Shown here piece by piece: positions 24,952-37,279 of a stretch of DNA of 64,000 nucleotides. Positions within the stretch are counted from its first letter, which is position 1. Every line of letters starts with the position of its first letter. The DNA is taken from positions 1 to 64,000 of the forward strand of contig NW_026250447.1 of NCBI RefSeq assembly GCF_024521635.1, in the 5' to 3' direction. The notes below the pieces were generated by a model. The model did not search any database and was not told the origin of the DNA. It saw only the letters and a program-made list of their open reading frames with translations. The translations under genes and the position numbers were made by a program. This stretch comes from Tricharina praecox. Lineage: Eukaryota.

Positions 24952-27310
24952 TCTGGCAAGAGTTTCTTTAGGGAGAAAAAAAGAACGGAAGAATTTGCTG
25001 AGACGTGGCAATTAGGATTACAGGGTAAAGTAAGCTGCAGCGACAGAGATCTTTGACGACAATGGAAGCGACGAGTCGAGGGGGAGAATCGACTATCGTG
25101 GGGGGAGGGGGAGGAGGTGGTGGTGGCGGGTAGGATGGGAGGTGAGGAGTAGAGGCGGAGGAGGATGTCAAAGATGTGGTGGTGGAGGCAGTGGAGTGGA
25201 GTAGGGTTGTTGGGATTTCTTTTTTGCGCTGACAACGTTGTGTGTGGCGGGGTTGATTGGAGGTGAGTGAACAGTGCATACCCCGCGAGCCAGGAAACGC
25301 AAACGCAAATTGTATGAAAATTCACATATACGGTCTAGGAGCAGTCTATGGAAATACATAATACTTTAAATGCATCGAGAGCGTGTTTTGAGCGATCTGT
25401 ATGGATTTTTTGTGGATATGCTGTGCACTCGAACGGGCAAGTCTAGCCTGCCCAGCATCGCCAAGTAAAAGCCTCATAGTGGCGCACCTAGTCCACCCAG
25501 CCACAGAGCGCAGCCTCTTCACTGTGGCTTCTCCATCCTCTCCATCCTGCCCATCCACGCAAAGTAGCAGCCACACTGTGACTTATCGTTACTTGCACTC
25601 GCCACCCCCGAGCCACCTCAGCCACACGCCCCACGCCACCGTAACACCAACGACAACCCGACAACCCAACCACCCGACAAGCGCCTCCGCACCAGTAACC
25701 AGCCCGCCCGCAAAACCCGCAAAACCCGAAGGTGCAAACGGGCTTCAACACGGAATCTCTTCAAAGTACCGAAAGCACCGAAGCGGCACATTGACGAACA
25801 AAGAGACCCCCACTCGATCAGCGGTCAGCGCACGTCACCCCCATGAAAGGGGTACTTATGTGCTCTGCACAGCTGCTCCGCGTCGGATCGATATGCTTGA
25901 TTGAGCGCGGATTGGCAATTGCTGCTCTACGGTACTCTGCGGTACTATTGGTGCTCCATGGTACTATTGGTACCCTACTCTACTATTGGTACTGGTACTC
26001 ATCATGAGCATCACCACCGTCACCCACCTCCACCTCCACCTCCATCGGTATCGGTACCGTATCGGCGCGGCGCACTCCGCGCAATTACCCCATACTACCC
26101 ATGCCATCGTGCGCCACCCGCAAACGTCGCAACGGGCTGTCGGGTGAACTTGTCTTTCCTTGTCTTTCCTTGTCTCTGCGCCTGGCACCTTCGTCCCCGC
26201 AAATATGTGCTAGATACCCATCGCCTATGCATAGTGAAGTGACTGCGACGCCGCCATTCACGAGCAAGAGTGAGAGAGAGGGAGGGAGAGGGCTCATTTA
26301 AAGATGCAGGTGGCTTGCATGCGCAATGTATGTGCAATGTGTGTTCCCGCTGCTGTGCTCCACTGCTGCTGTGCTCTGGTGGCTGCGGAGAGTAAACAGG
26401 AGGACGAGGAGTCAGGGACGGGGAGTGGAATCACTGGAATGGAGGGTATAGTAGATATAATAGGTGTATAGCTGGCCCGTTATGAATGCTTATGAATGCT
26501 TGTGATGTGGTAAAATGTCTTCACCCATACGGTACCGTATCACTCCGATTGATCGACCGCCCGACTGACCCGCCAACCGGCGACGGGATGTATATCCAGC
26601 GGAGCTGAGGGGAGTTTACCAGCCCAATTTAACATACATCCATCCAGCCATCCACTGCCGGCCCGGCGGGAATTCCGCCATGTCGGCAGGTATATCAGTA
26701 AACGAGTATCGTTCTCGAGCTCTACCGGGTCCGCCGTACCACAGCAGCCTTATATATCGAAGCGAGCTCCGAGCGGCGTGCAAAACGACGGCAGATCATA
26801 GGCAAGTAGGCAAGTATGTAGGTGCCGTAACTTACCTAAACACATCCTTCAAACCGGGGAATCACCCCAAGTCCCGCGCACCGTTGCGCGAAATGTCACG
26901 GTGCACGGCACTGCCGAAGCCACAACCAGCACTGCAGCGCTGCAGCGCTCGGTGCTCTCTCCGCTAGGCACACGACTTCTACATACCGCCCACCACCGAT
27001 AGGCACGGGATCGGCGCAAGGAAGTCGTGCGGAATGTAATTCTTCCCGCGGACGTCGATCCTCCCCCGCGGATCACCAGCGGATCACCCGTGCGACGCCG
27101 GATCATGCAAGCCATCACGATGCGAGGGAGGAATGGTCGTATAATGGTAGTATAATGGTAGTATAATGGTAGCGACGACTAATTCTCCGGTGGTGGTGGT
27201 GCTGCTGGTGGTCTGATGTTGAGACATGGAGCGTGGCCGGCATGAGCGGCGCAACTGATGGCTGATGTCCAGTATCTCGTGTCTGATGTCTTGTGTCTTG
27301 TGTCTCTGTC

Positions 27311-27349
27311 TCGGGAGTCGGGAGTCGGGAGTCGGGAGTCGGGAGTCGG
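27311..27349. repeat. (TCGGGAG)5 heptamer tandem repeat
   Basis: Seen directly. Confidence 0.9.
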
Positions 27350-28275
27350 AAGTTGGAACAGGTACGTCCGTATATGTAGTGTATAGCAACGATTCCAACG
27401 GCCGTAGCATGCGTTGCCCATCGCTCCCCATCGATGGGCTCCATATATCGATGCACACCTTACATACGGCTTACAAGTTGCAATTACAAGTTACGATGTC
27501 CAGTGTTATTTCCGTCGTGAACGCGGCCCCCCTACATACCGATGCTACAATCGATACGAGGCGATGGATCATCCATGACCATGACCATGACCATGACCAT
27601 TGAAATGACCACAGCATCGAATCCTCGATCCCGGCAGCGCATCACCCCCTTCCCCCCACATACATGCTCGTAGATCGTCGCCCCACGACCTTCCTCGTTG
27701 CTTCCTACGGTAGGTATAGGGCAGTGCTTACCCGGGCTGATCCTCGCTCGCACGGTCGAGGATCCTCGCTCTCGCAGCTCGCAGCTCGTAACTCGGGGGG
27801 TATAACACTCTACCCACTACTCCCCTCCCTACTACTTTCCCCTCCCCCATACCCATGCCCATGGCGATTGAGACTCGCTACCTCGACTCGCTACCTCGAA
27901 GCAGCCACAGCCGTGTCCGGGTCCTTGTCGGTGTCCGCAGCAGGAGTAGGAGCAGAGCGGATAGGCACGGTTGTTTCACGCTTCAATGATCACCGATCAC
28001 TGCTCCGTCAATGATCACTGCAGTAGAGTAGAGTAGGTACGGTAGAGTAGAGTAGCACCCACTGGATACCGTATGCGAGGGTCCTTCATTCACTCCTTCA
28101 TTCTCTGCTTCATCCACTCCTCCGTGGCTCCGGCAAACACCTGCGTCCCAATCCGAAGTTCGCACTGCGCAGTTGTGATAAAAATACATGCCCTGATATG
28201 CCCTGCCATCCCGTACCATGCCTATTGCACATTGCCCATATCCATGCGGCGCCGGAAGTAAAAAGTAAAGAGCAG

Positions 28276-28356
28276 AAAGCAAGAAGCAAAAGCAAGAAGC
28301 AAAAGCAAAGCAAAAGCAAAAGCAAAAGCAAAAGCAAAAGCAAAAGCAAAAGCAAA
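28276..28356. repeat. (AAAGCA)n microsatellite
   Basis: Seen directly. Confidence 0.9.
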
Positions 28357-29162
28357 GAAAGCCACGGGGAAACGAAAGTGCAGAACGCCACACGCCGACA
28401 AACATCCCGCACAGTCCGAACATCCCGAGCAGCTCGGAAGACATTACATAGACCCGTAAGTAGATCAGTAGATCAGAAGATAAGCAGATAGATATGAAGA
28501 TTTGTAAGAAAAGCCCAAGCAGCGGCGTACACACCAAACTCCCCAGGACAAGATAGATCCAACAGACACCAAAACATAGCAAAAGGACGGTCAAAGTCAA
28601 GACCGGACCAGACGGAAGCTCTAGATGTATATAAATGTAAAAGGAAGAAACACCCCCAAAGGTAACATCCCCAAAGCAAAACGAAAAGAAAGCAAGAAAG
28701 CAAGTAAGTAAACGCCCCCGCACCCCATAGCCTAGTAAAAGTCGTAGTCATAGTCGTAATCGTAATTGTGGTCGTAATCATAATCGTAAACATAAAAAAA
28801 TAGTCGTGGTCGTCAAGTCGTGTCGTAAATCGTGTCGTTAATCGTGTCGTTGATGAGTCGTTAATAAGTCGTGGTCGTGAAATGCCAAGTCGTAAGAGTG
28901 ATGATGGTACATACAAGGAAAGGACATATCGGAATAAAAAGATAGGAAAGGAAACAGGGAAAGGGAAAGGAAACAAGAGCACAATCATTAGAGGGAGTAG
29001 TAGTAAGAGGCGGAAGATGACGAGAAGCACTGTACAAAGGAACCAAACCGGCCGTGGCAGCCAGACGCAATGAAACCCGCACCGACAAACGGAAACCCCG
29101 AAGCCCAAACCCCGAAGCTCAAACCCCGCTCGCGGAATCATCTCGGCTCAGCTCGTATCTGA

Positions 29163-29876
29163 TCAGAACAACCCCTCAAACCACCTCCCCCAGGTGTACG
29201 CATCCTCATCTGGCAATTTAACCTCCAGCCTTGGAGGACAACCCGCATCCACCTTTTTTTCCTCCGCACCAGCGGCCACCACCGCAGCAGTGGCGAGCAT
29301 ATCCACCCTACTCTCCATACCGACGCACCTAAAATCGAGGGTACTTGGCTTCCTGCTACTCGCGCGCAGCATCTGGACCTGAGCGTGGGTGGGTTCTCTT
29401 CCACCGCGGAACATCTGCTTAACTTTTGCCAGGAGCAGACGGCGGCGCGAGGAGCTCGACGAAGAGGAGGTGCACGAGGACGAGGTGCGAGAGGTGCGCG
29501 ACGAGGTGCGCGTGGAGTGCGAGGATGTGGATGTCGATGTCGAGAAGAAGCTGCGGTACGTGCGGCTGGTTTGCGTCGAGTCGAAGCTGTCGGGCCGTGG
29601 GCCGCTGGATGACGGCAGTCGGCGGTGCCGCGGGTGGAAGGCGTGCATCGTTATGTGGTGTTTTTGTTTCTGCTGGTGTTGTTTCTGGTGTTTTTGTGGA
29701 TGTGGATGTGGTGGTGGTTGTGCGCGAACAGCCTTGTATTTCGGATTGTGCAGGGTGTATGGCAGCTCGGCGGGGTTCGGCAGGACCAGGTCGGTGAAGG
29801 AGCAGTAGAAGTCGCGGTCGCGGTCGCGGTCTTGAGCTTGTTGATCTTTTTTTCGCAGCAGCGGAGGAGGCGGCAT
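29163..29876 (-). CDS. Hypothetical low-complexity (Ser/Thr/His/Gln-rich) protein, ~237 aa
   Basis: ATG in cgccATGc context (MPPPPLLRKK...), GC-rich coding-like composition, non-repetitive islands FYCSFTDLVLPNP and DFRCVG, ends WGRWFEGLF. No recognisable domain. Confidence 0.4.
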   Translation of the reverse strand: MPPPPLLRKKDQQAQDRDRDRDFYCSFTDLVLPNPAELPYTLHNPKYKAVRAQPPPHPHPQKHQKQHQQKQKHHITMHAFHPRHRRLPSSSGPRPDSFDSTQTSRTYRSFFSTSTSTSSHSTRTSSRTSRTSSSCTSSSSSSSRRRLLLAKVKQMFRGGREPTHAQVQMLRASSRKPSTLDFRCVGMESRVDMLATAAVVAAGAEEKKVDAGCPPRLEVKLPDEDAYTWGRWFEGLF

Positions 29877-30718
29877 GGCGTCGGTATTTGTTCTGTGAGC
29901 GAGCAGAGCAGAGCAGAGCAAGCAGAGAAGAGCAGGGCGCGGGAGTTGTGTGACGTGGGTGGTATGGGTTGGGTGTGTGGACGGGGGGGATATATGGCGT
30001 TGTGACAGCTCCGAATATGGAGGGTGGTGGTGCGGTTGGGGGCGGAAGTGGCTGGTGTGATGGTCGTGCTGGTGGTCGGCGTAATTGGTAAGTTTGCGGG
30101 TTACCTGTGGGTGGGTATCTGCCGTCGTCCAATTCGTGGTGGAGATATGGTCGACTGCGGTGGTGGTGGCAGTGGTGGTGATGATGATGTGAAGATCAGT
30201 TGCGGTCGTAGGCGACTTGTACTCTAGGGCAGGCAGGTAAGAAGTACTTTCGTGCGGGGGGATCTGGTGAGGCAAGCAAGTATAAGCCGTTGAGTTGACT
30301 TGGGAGAGGGGATCATCGGGCGGGGACGAGGTTGCAACTTGCAACTTGCGGAGTCCCAGTTGGTGGAGCAGCTGCCGAAGGAACGAAGGACGTGCGGGCG
30401 GGGCAGCTGCGAGCGAGCGAGCGAGCGGGACCAGTCGATTATATCCACTGGACTAGTTGGGGACTTTTTACTTCGCACCTCTCACCACACGTCACAGCCC
30501 GCGCCCGGACGGCTACCTGAGCTCCAACTCCAGTCCAGTAATTACACTTCAGTCCTGTTCTGCCAATTCTTTTTTCTGCTTTCTTTTCGGACAGTCAGTC
30601 GGTTTCTTGTGGTTTTTTTCTTCTGCGGGGCAGCAGCAATATCATCAGGATATTCTCCCTCTTTGAGACCGGGGCTTGCACCGGGGCTGGGGCTGGGCAA
30701 CACTTTTGCCTGCACAGC

Positions 30719-30857
30719 TTTTCTTTTCTTTTCTTTTCTTTTCTTTTCTTTTCTTTTCTTTTCTTTTCTGTTCTGTTCTTTTCTTTTCTTTTCTTTTCTT
30801 TTCTTTTCTGTTCTTTTCTGTTCTTTTCTTTTCTTTTCTTCTTTTCTTTTTCTTTCT
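30719..30857. repeat. (TTTTC/TTCTG)n pyrimidine microsatellite, ~140 bp
   Basis: Seen directly. Confidence 0.95.
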
Positions 30858-33800
30858 TATTTCTCTATTTGCCTATTCCCATCCGCTTTCGGCTCCGACG
30901 ATGGACGGGAACGGACATCATGGGGGGCAGATAACTTTCCTCATGCCCAATTACTAGAGAGCAGAGTACTCTATCTGCCAATAATCCCACCTCTCCATCC
31001 CTTTGTGCACACTCCACTGCACCGCACTGCACTCCACTCCACCGCACTGCACTGCAAAGCACGGCAGCGAGCGAGCGGAAGTGAAGTGAAGTGAAGTGGA
31101 AGTGGAAGTGGGCCCTGACTGCGTGCCTGCAGAACACACACGAATGGAGAGCGTGGTGGAGATGGGATGTGCGAAAGCGTTTTTTCCCCTTCCCTGCGAA
31201 CAGTGGCTATCTCTGTATGTAATGTACCAAGTATGTGTGAAGTATGTACATTGTGTGTGGAGTACGCCGCCCGCTTCTGCAGGTGTGAGTTGTCGTTCCC
31301 GAGAGACGGAGGGAGAGCGGTTTGTGAGGAGTTGGGTTGGGGTGAGTTGGGTTGGGGTAGAGAGAGAGATGGGTAGGGAGTCCGCGAATGGGCGGACGAC
31401 AGCCCTATGCACGGCCTTCGGCCGGGCGCACGGTGGGAGCTATGGAAAAGTACGTGCGCGAGAACGGCGAGAGGGCGGCGGCGCGGGCCATGGACTAACG
31501 GGGTACTTGTTGCTCCTCCAATCTACAACTGCAAAATACTAGCAGCATGCGTCGCTGGCGTGAGGTCCATCTCCGCTCACCAACTGGCCGCCTCGTCGCC
31601 TTCATCCTTCATCTCGTATCGATGGCTACGGCAAAGATTTGCCCGGCTCTACTCTACTGCCGGCAAATCTTCAACCTCTCCCACGCCCCCGGTTTGCTGC
31701 TGATGCTGCTGCTGCTCTCGGCAGATTCCGCCCGCCCTTTGCTCGTGCTCGTGCTCGAGAGAGGCAGAGAGAAACGCCTCCCAAGTTCAATCGGGACTCG
31801 CACCCACCCAGACTGTCGGAACTCGGAATTCGGAGGCGCGCCTTCCTTCCTTCACGCCACTGGATGTTGTGTACTACTACTACTGATAGTACTGATAGTA
31901 CTTGTGGTCAACGTCTCCCTCCAATCTTCAGAGTGGTACATACTGGTGCGTATTTCGGGCGGGGAATCGGACGACGGAGAGCCCCCGCCAGAGTCCAGCG
32001 TGCCTGGCTCCAGAGTCGAGAGTCCAGACGGCTGGCCGGCCGTGGTGAAACGAGACATCGAACACCGCATACCTCCAACGCATAAATTCTCACATGTAGT
32101 GCTATAGTTAGGGTTCCCCCCGTCACTCTCACGAGTCACGACTATCTTCGAATTCACATCGCTACCGAATCCCGAGGCCGTGATGTCTTCGTCAGATGCA
32201 AACCCCTTTAATACGCAGCCGACACGGGCGACCCGGCGACACCATGGCACTGGTACTGGGCACTGGCACTGGGCAAGGCTTTCGATAAATAGTAACTACC
32301 GTAGGTAAGAGGTACCGTATCTCGGAGCGACAGGAGCGACAGGAGCGACAGGCTAGAGTATTTACCACGAATCCGATTTATGCATTCACACACACCCGAA
32401 TTGGCGACACTGCTGCTAGTTACACACGAGTAACTACGGTAGAGTAGACAACTACCTACGTGGAGACACAAACACCACACTGTGTCGCAACTTCTCCATC
32501 TCCTTCCGCCGCTTCCGTCTCCTCTTACCTGTTTGTTTCTGGACTATCCGCCGATCGCGATGGAGCTCGCGTCGCTGGCTGGCTGGCTGGCGGGATACCT
32601 ATGTCGCTGCACGGACTGGTGAGGACGGAATTCGTGGAGACAAGAAACGTGCATACGATTGGTCCGTCCGTCCGCCACGCCACGCGCCCGTGCGGTGAGC
32701 AGGGGGGTTCCGCCACAGGGACATGCATGCATAGGTAGGTTACCTACGCACATCTCAACTCGAACGATGGCTAGAACTCGCAAGTAGCCAGCAGGAGCAG
32801 GAGTAATCGAGCAGGAGTACCTAATCGAGCAGAAGAAAAAGAAAAGATCTCGTCAGCCTCATGCGGCATGCGCCAGTCATCAGTCGGAGTCGGAGTCGGT
32901 TCTGCTTTGTCCCTCGCCGTGGCCGGTCATGCGTAAAGTAGGTACCAACCAACGGGCCGTTGTGCTGCTCTCTCGGAGTCTTGGAGTCTTGGTTTCATGT
33001 GACGGCTTGTTTTTTTATTCAAGACCTTAACAGATCATGGCAGATTATATGACCTTTTCCATCCGGCTGTCCCGGACCACTGACCGGCCGCGAGCTCGAC
33101 ATGTACCGGTTCCCTGTTGCTCTCCGCCCAGCTTTCATGTGACGGCGTGTACAGTGCAGGAATGGTTACTTCCCTCTGTTGGGCCCTTGGCCCGTTGGGT
33201 GCTGCACTGTGCGGTGCATCTGGAGTGTAAGAACTTGCGCACACGCATAAAGCACCGCGACGTATGTATATACCTACTAGTAGTAGGAGATGACCACTGG
33301 TATGTATGTAGATATCCTACGCCAATCGATGACGCATTCTTTTCCAATTTCAAGACACGCGCGGGAGGTGAGTGGGGCGAGTGAGCCGTGATGACCCACC
33401 ACCGTGAACACGTGTACATACAAGTGCGTGTACATACTACATACAAGTGTAAGTACAAGCCCAAGTGCAGTCGATGATTGACAGCTACCGGTATGTAACT
33501 ACCTATGGATCGGAACTTGGGACTTGGAAGTCTCGCAGATATGTAGCGCGGGGGTGCGAGTCATGAGTCTCACATCGCGAGTCGCCATATGGATTCATGG
33601 ATGGCGGTAACCAGTAACCAGTAACCAGTGTGTACATACGGTACGCAGAAAGTACCGGCCGGTATGTATGTACGCCTTGCATGCAGGTAGGTACATAGGT
33701 AGTTACCGTGACCGTGGCCTCCAGTAGTGAGTACATAGATCTGGCCAGCATAACCAACCAATCGTGTAGGTAGTAGGCAAAAGAGGCCGAGGCGCCACTG

Positions 33801-35509
33801 AGGAGGACAGAGGGAATTGAAAGTGCTCCGGGTTCGCTATGTATGTATATCTGGCAGCTGCATCAGCCGCGAATCGCGGACGGGGTCGCATCGAGAATCC
33901 TCCTCAGGGGCGATTTAATCAGCAGGCTGTTCCCGAGCCACAGATCTGCCGTCCCCGAAGCCTGCAACGGCGGACGCAAGTGCCGAAACCGGCCTGATGC
34001 CCCGCGTTGACGCCGTGAGATCGCAGATTGGAGTGAGCCGGCGTCGGTGTCGGTGACAGGGGGCTGCTACTACTAGTGAGTGGCCTGCTAGTTTACGGGC
34101 CGGGGTCGACTCGGCGAGAAACGAAACGCAGAAAAAAACGGCCAGTAGCCGACGGGAGCGGTTACTGGGATCAGTGGGTGGTGTTGACTGTCGAACTGCT
34201 TGATACATATTACCGGTTTTACCTATTGCGCGGTAACTGATAGCTCCACTTGCAAACGCCAGAAGGACAGGCTGGATATGATACCGTAAGCTAGCGGTCG
34301 CCGCGTTACATGGCATTGGCAGATGCCGAGGTTTACTTGCTATACACGGATGCTGAGTGACCGCCTGTGCATCTCGATGCCTGCGGAAGTGCGCAGATGA
34401 TGCCCTTCTCGGTCGGAGTCGGAATGAAACGCGTGAGCCTGACTTCCTGTGTAGTATGGCGGGCATGGGTAGGCGCTTGAGCAGCTACTCACTTGAGTAC
34501 TTACCTGGATATTCACTCTGTGTAGGCCGACCGATCTACTGCTGGTTAATTGCTACCACCGTAAAACGAGCAACTTTGGTTCGCTACTCACCTCCGAGAT
34601 CACCGCCGCGAGTCGATATCTAAGCCATCATACCGGTAGGGAGGTATGACAATACCATGAATCCGGACTCTCGAGTCCCGACTTGATTTGGCCTCGGCAT
34701 TGGGCTCTGTATAATGCGGAGAAGCAGGGCGAGCTTTTCCAGATGGTAGGGATTTGTGTCATTCGAATTATCAAACATTGAGCAACATACACCCACCGCA
34801 CTCTATGCGGGTTTCTCGAGGCGGTTGAAACCTTCAAAGACTCAGCTCAGCGTTAACCGGTGTTTCGAGGATGGTCCTTTGGGGAATTGGCAAGCCCTTA
34901 CGCCTTACGCTACCATTTCGCGACACGCCAACGGGATGCACATATCTAGTATTATTAGATACCAGATCCTGAGATTTTACATAGAACGTTGCCACGCAAC
35001 TTCCGAGTGCAGGGGAAAGATATTATAGTTCAGATCTGCCTACAGAGTCGGCGGATATGTGTCGCACATGAGCTTCTCGCCTTCTAGACTGTAAGCCGGA
35101 TCTGAATTGTATCGTGCGCCGTGCGTCGTGCGACGGCTGCCGAGGTGTCCAAGGCTTAGATCCCTGGATGTATTTTCTTTACGAACTCAAGCCACAGCAC
35201 CCGATGTCCATGTTTGAGAGCCGCGGAGTGTCAACGGTTTTTTTCTCGCCATTTTACACGTCGCCTTTAGCGGCGAAGAGTCGGGATCAAGGGTTCAGTT
35301 CTTGAGCTGAAACAACAGTGGGTTGGTACCGAGCTGTTCCAGGGCGGCGATGCTACATACAGCAATACTCAATGTCCCGTCCAAGTCGCGATCCACACCT
35401 CAGTCCAGAGCATCCAGTCGGAACCATGCGCTCTGTCCCCGGCGGAGTGGCGGCCACGATGGCTGCTGGGTCTACTATAGAGGGTATTTGTTTAATCGTC
35501 CATTACAGC

Positions 35510-36335
35510 GAGAGGTCTTCCTGTTTTATTTCGCATGCAGCCTATCTAGACTATGGCGAACCAACGAACTCCTTTTCCTGCCCGCCCTGGCCAGTCAAGG
35601 TGAAAGCCCTATACTGGCCAGTCCGATGCGGTGCCCCACTTCCCCTACCCATCCGCACCGGGCCGACAGAAGCAAAAAGTAGAAAGTAGATTGACAGTAA
35701 AGACCGGTATGGGCCTGCGTGCCTGCTCCTCCTGCTGCCCCCTCGCCTCTCTCCCCCGTCTTCCGCCTTTCCGCTCCAAGAAGATATCACCACATATCCT
35801 CATCTCCTACTTTCTCGCACCGGCCGCAGACACAGTACCCTGCTGGGAACTCTTGCTCTGCCCCCGATGCGATGCTTGCCTCCTCGTCATCCTCCTCCTC
35901 CAGGTCTGGTGGAGCTTTCCTCCCCACATCCGTCGTTCCTAGACAGTCTACGATCGCCTCGCTGCACCGCTCGTCGGCGAACTCCGCTATCGACCACCTC
36001 TCTTTCCTTCTCTCCGCCTCCTTCCCGACCTTTGCCCACAAGGCTTTCTGTTGACTTCTCCACCGTGAGCAGTTTTTGAATAGTTGCTCGCGGGATTGTT
36101 TGAGAGGCTGCTTGGTATCGTACGGCCGGTTTTTGATTCAGGTTAGTGACCACTGATGCGCCTCTCTCCACTTTCATCACTAATCCGCCTCTTGAGATGT
36201 GCCAGTGAGACCGGAAGGGGCACGTCACACCGGCGTCCATATCCGCCAACTTGCCGGAGCCATTCTACTCCATCGTCGTTTTGGTTCTCGCTGCCCGCTT
36301 GGCTCACCCATCTGTGATCTCATTTCCTTCGATTT
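35510..36335 (-). mobile_element. Degenerate non-LTR retrotransposon (Tad1-like LINE): RNase H end, ORF2 C-terminus and 3' UTR
   Basis: Minus-strand translation across frameshifts gives IEGNEITDG*AKRAA (RNase H GNExxD), GVEWL...SLAHLKRRISDE, KWREAHQW, LT*IKNRP and QSREQLFKNCSRWRSQQKALWAKVGKE...FADERCSEAIVDCLGTTDVGR, with a stop at 35787. The 3' tail is shared with the 17836-17922 insertion. Confidence 0.8.
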
Positions 36336-36660
36336 TCTGAGACTTTCCCGAGTAGTTCATTGGCCATGAGGCATCACTCGGTGGGGTCGGATATCGCTAC
36401 CAGGACGGATGCCAGAGGTAGCTGAAGAATATTCACAGACCAAGGTGTGCGAGCTGAATCCCAGGGAAAGGGAAGAAAGCGAGGTGGAGCTGAGGTCAAG
36501 AAACCGGGGTCACTCCCGATGTTCCTCCCTACACCCGATTTTTCACGGTATCTCTTCTGTGGGGGAGGCACGGCAAGGGTGAGGTCGGTAATAAGGAGCG
36601 GGCTTCATGTTTTCCTATATAGTATTATTGCATTGGTGCGATCTACTTCCATCTCTGCTT
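36336..36660 (-). repeat. Dispersed repeat X, copy 2 (abuts the truncated 5' end of the LINE)
   Basis: Reverse complement aligns by eye to 17560-18025 once the 87-bp insertion is removed. Confidence 0.75.
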
Positions 36661-37215
36661 CTACCGCTGGGACAAGCCAGAGCGGACGAGGGTATGGGAA
36701 GTCACATCGGGCGCCGTGACGAAAGTCGGATTTGAGAACGGCATGGAACCAGATTACGTGTATCGCCATGGGCTACGTAGCTAAAAACAGAAAAAGCGTC
36801 TCTTGGGTTTGAAACGTCCGGTACTGTATTTCTGGCTCCACGGGGAAGGCAACGGTATGTACATATAGTATAGATAAGACTCCCGTGGCCATAGATGCGC
36901 TCGTACATATTAGAATCTTTTAGCTGGGCTTCAGTAATAGTATCCGAACTGTCTACTCTGCTGCTTCCAGTTCCTACGGGTGAAGTTCTGTGAGGCTGGG
37001 TATCTGAGTGCAGTGGTCGACTGGCTGTTGCCATGCTTGATTCCCCGAATTGTCTCTCTCCCACAGCAGCAGGATATCGGATTCACAGTCAAGCCTTGGC
37101 AGGGCTACGAATAGCATGAAGGATTCCTACCAGTAGTGGCGATGGCAGTCACGTGGAAAACTATTCTATTAGGCCTCGAGTGGTGTAGGAACGCTAGCGT
37201 CGACTGTACCCTAAG

Positions 37216-37272
37216 TCGTACTCACAATCGCACTCACAATCGTACTCACATGTGACATCCTCAGCTATAAAA
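37216..37272 (+). promoter_or_regulatory. Putative Pol II core promoter: three tandem 12-mers plus a TATA box
   Basis: tcgtactcacaa-tcgcactcacaa-tcgtactcaca (37216-37250), TATAAAA (37266-37272), then a CT-rich tract. Confidence 0.55.
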
Positions 37273-37279
37273 GCCCCAA

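Noticed and set aside
27983..31094. Long hydrophobic ORFs (CFCF/FFSFL-rich)
   Set aside because: These are translations of microsatellites.
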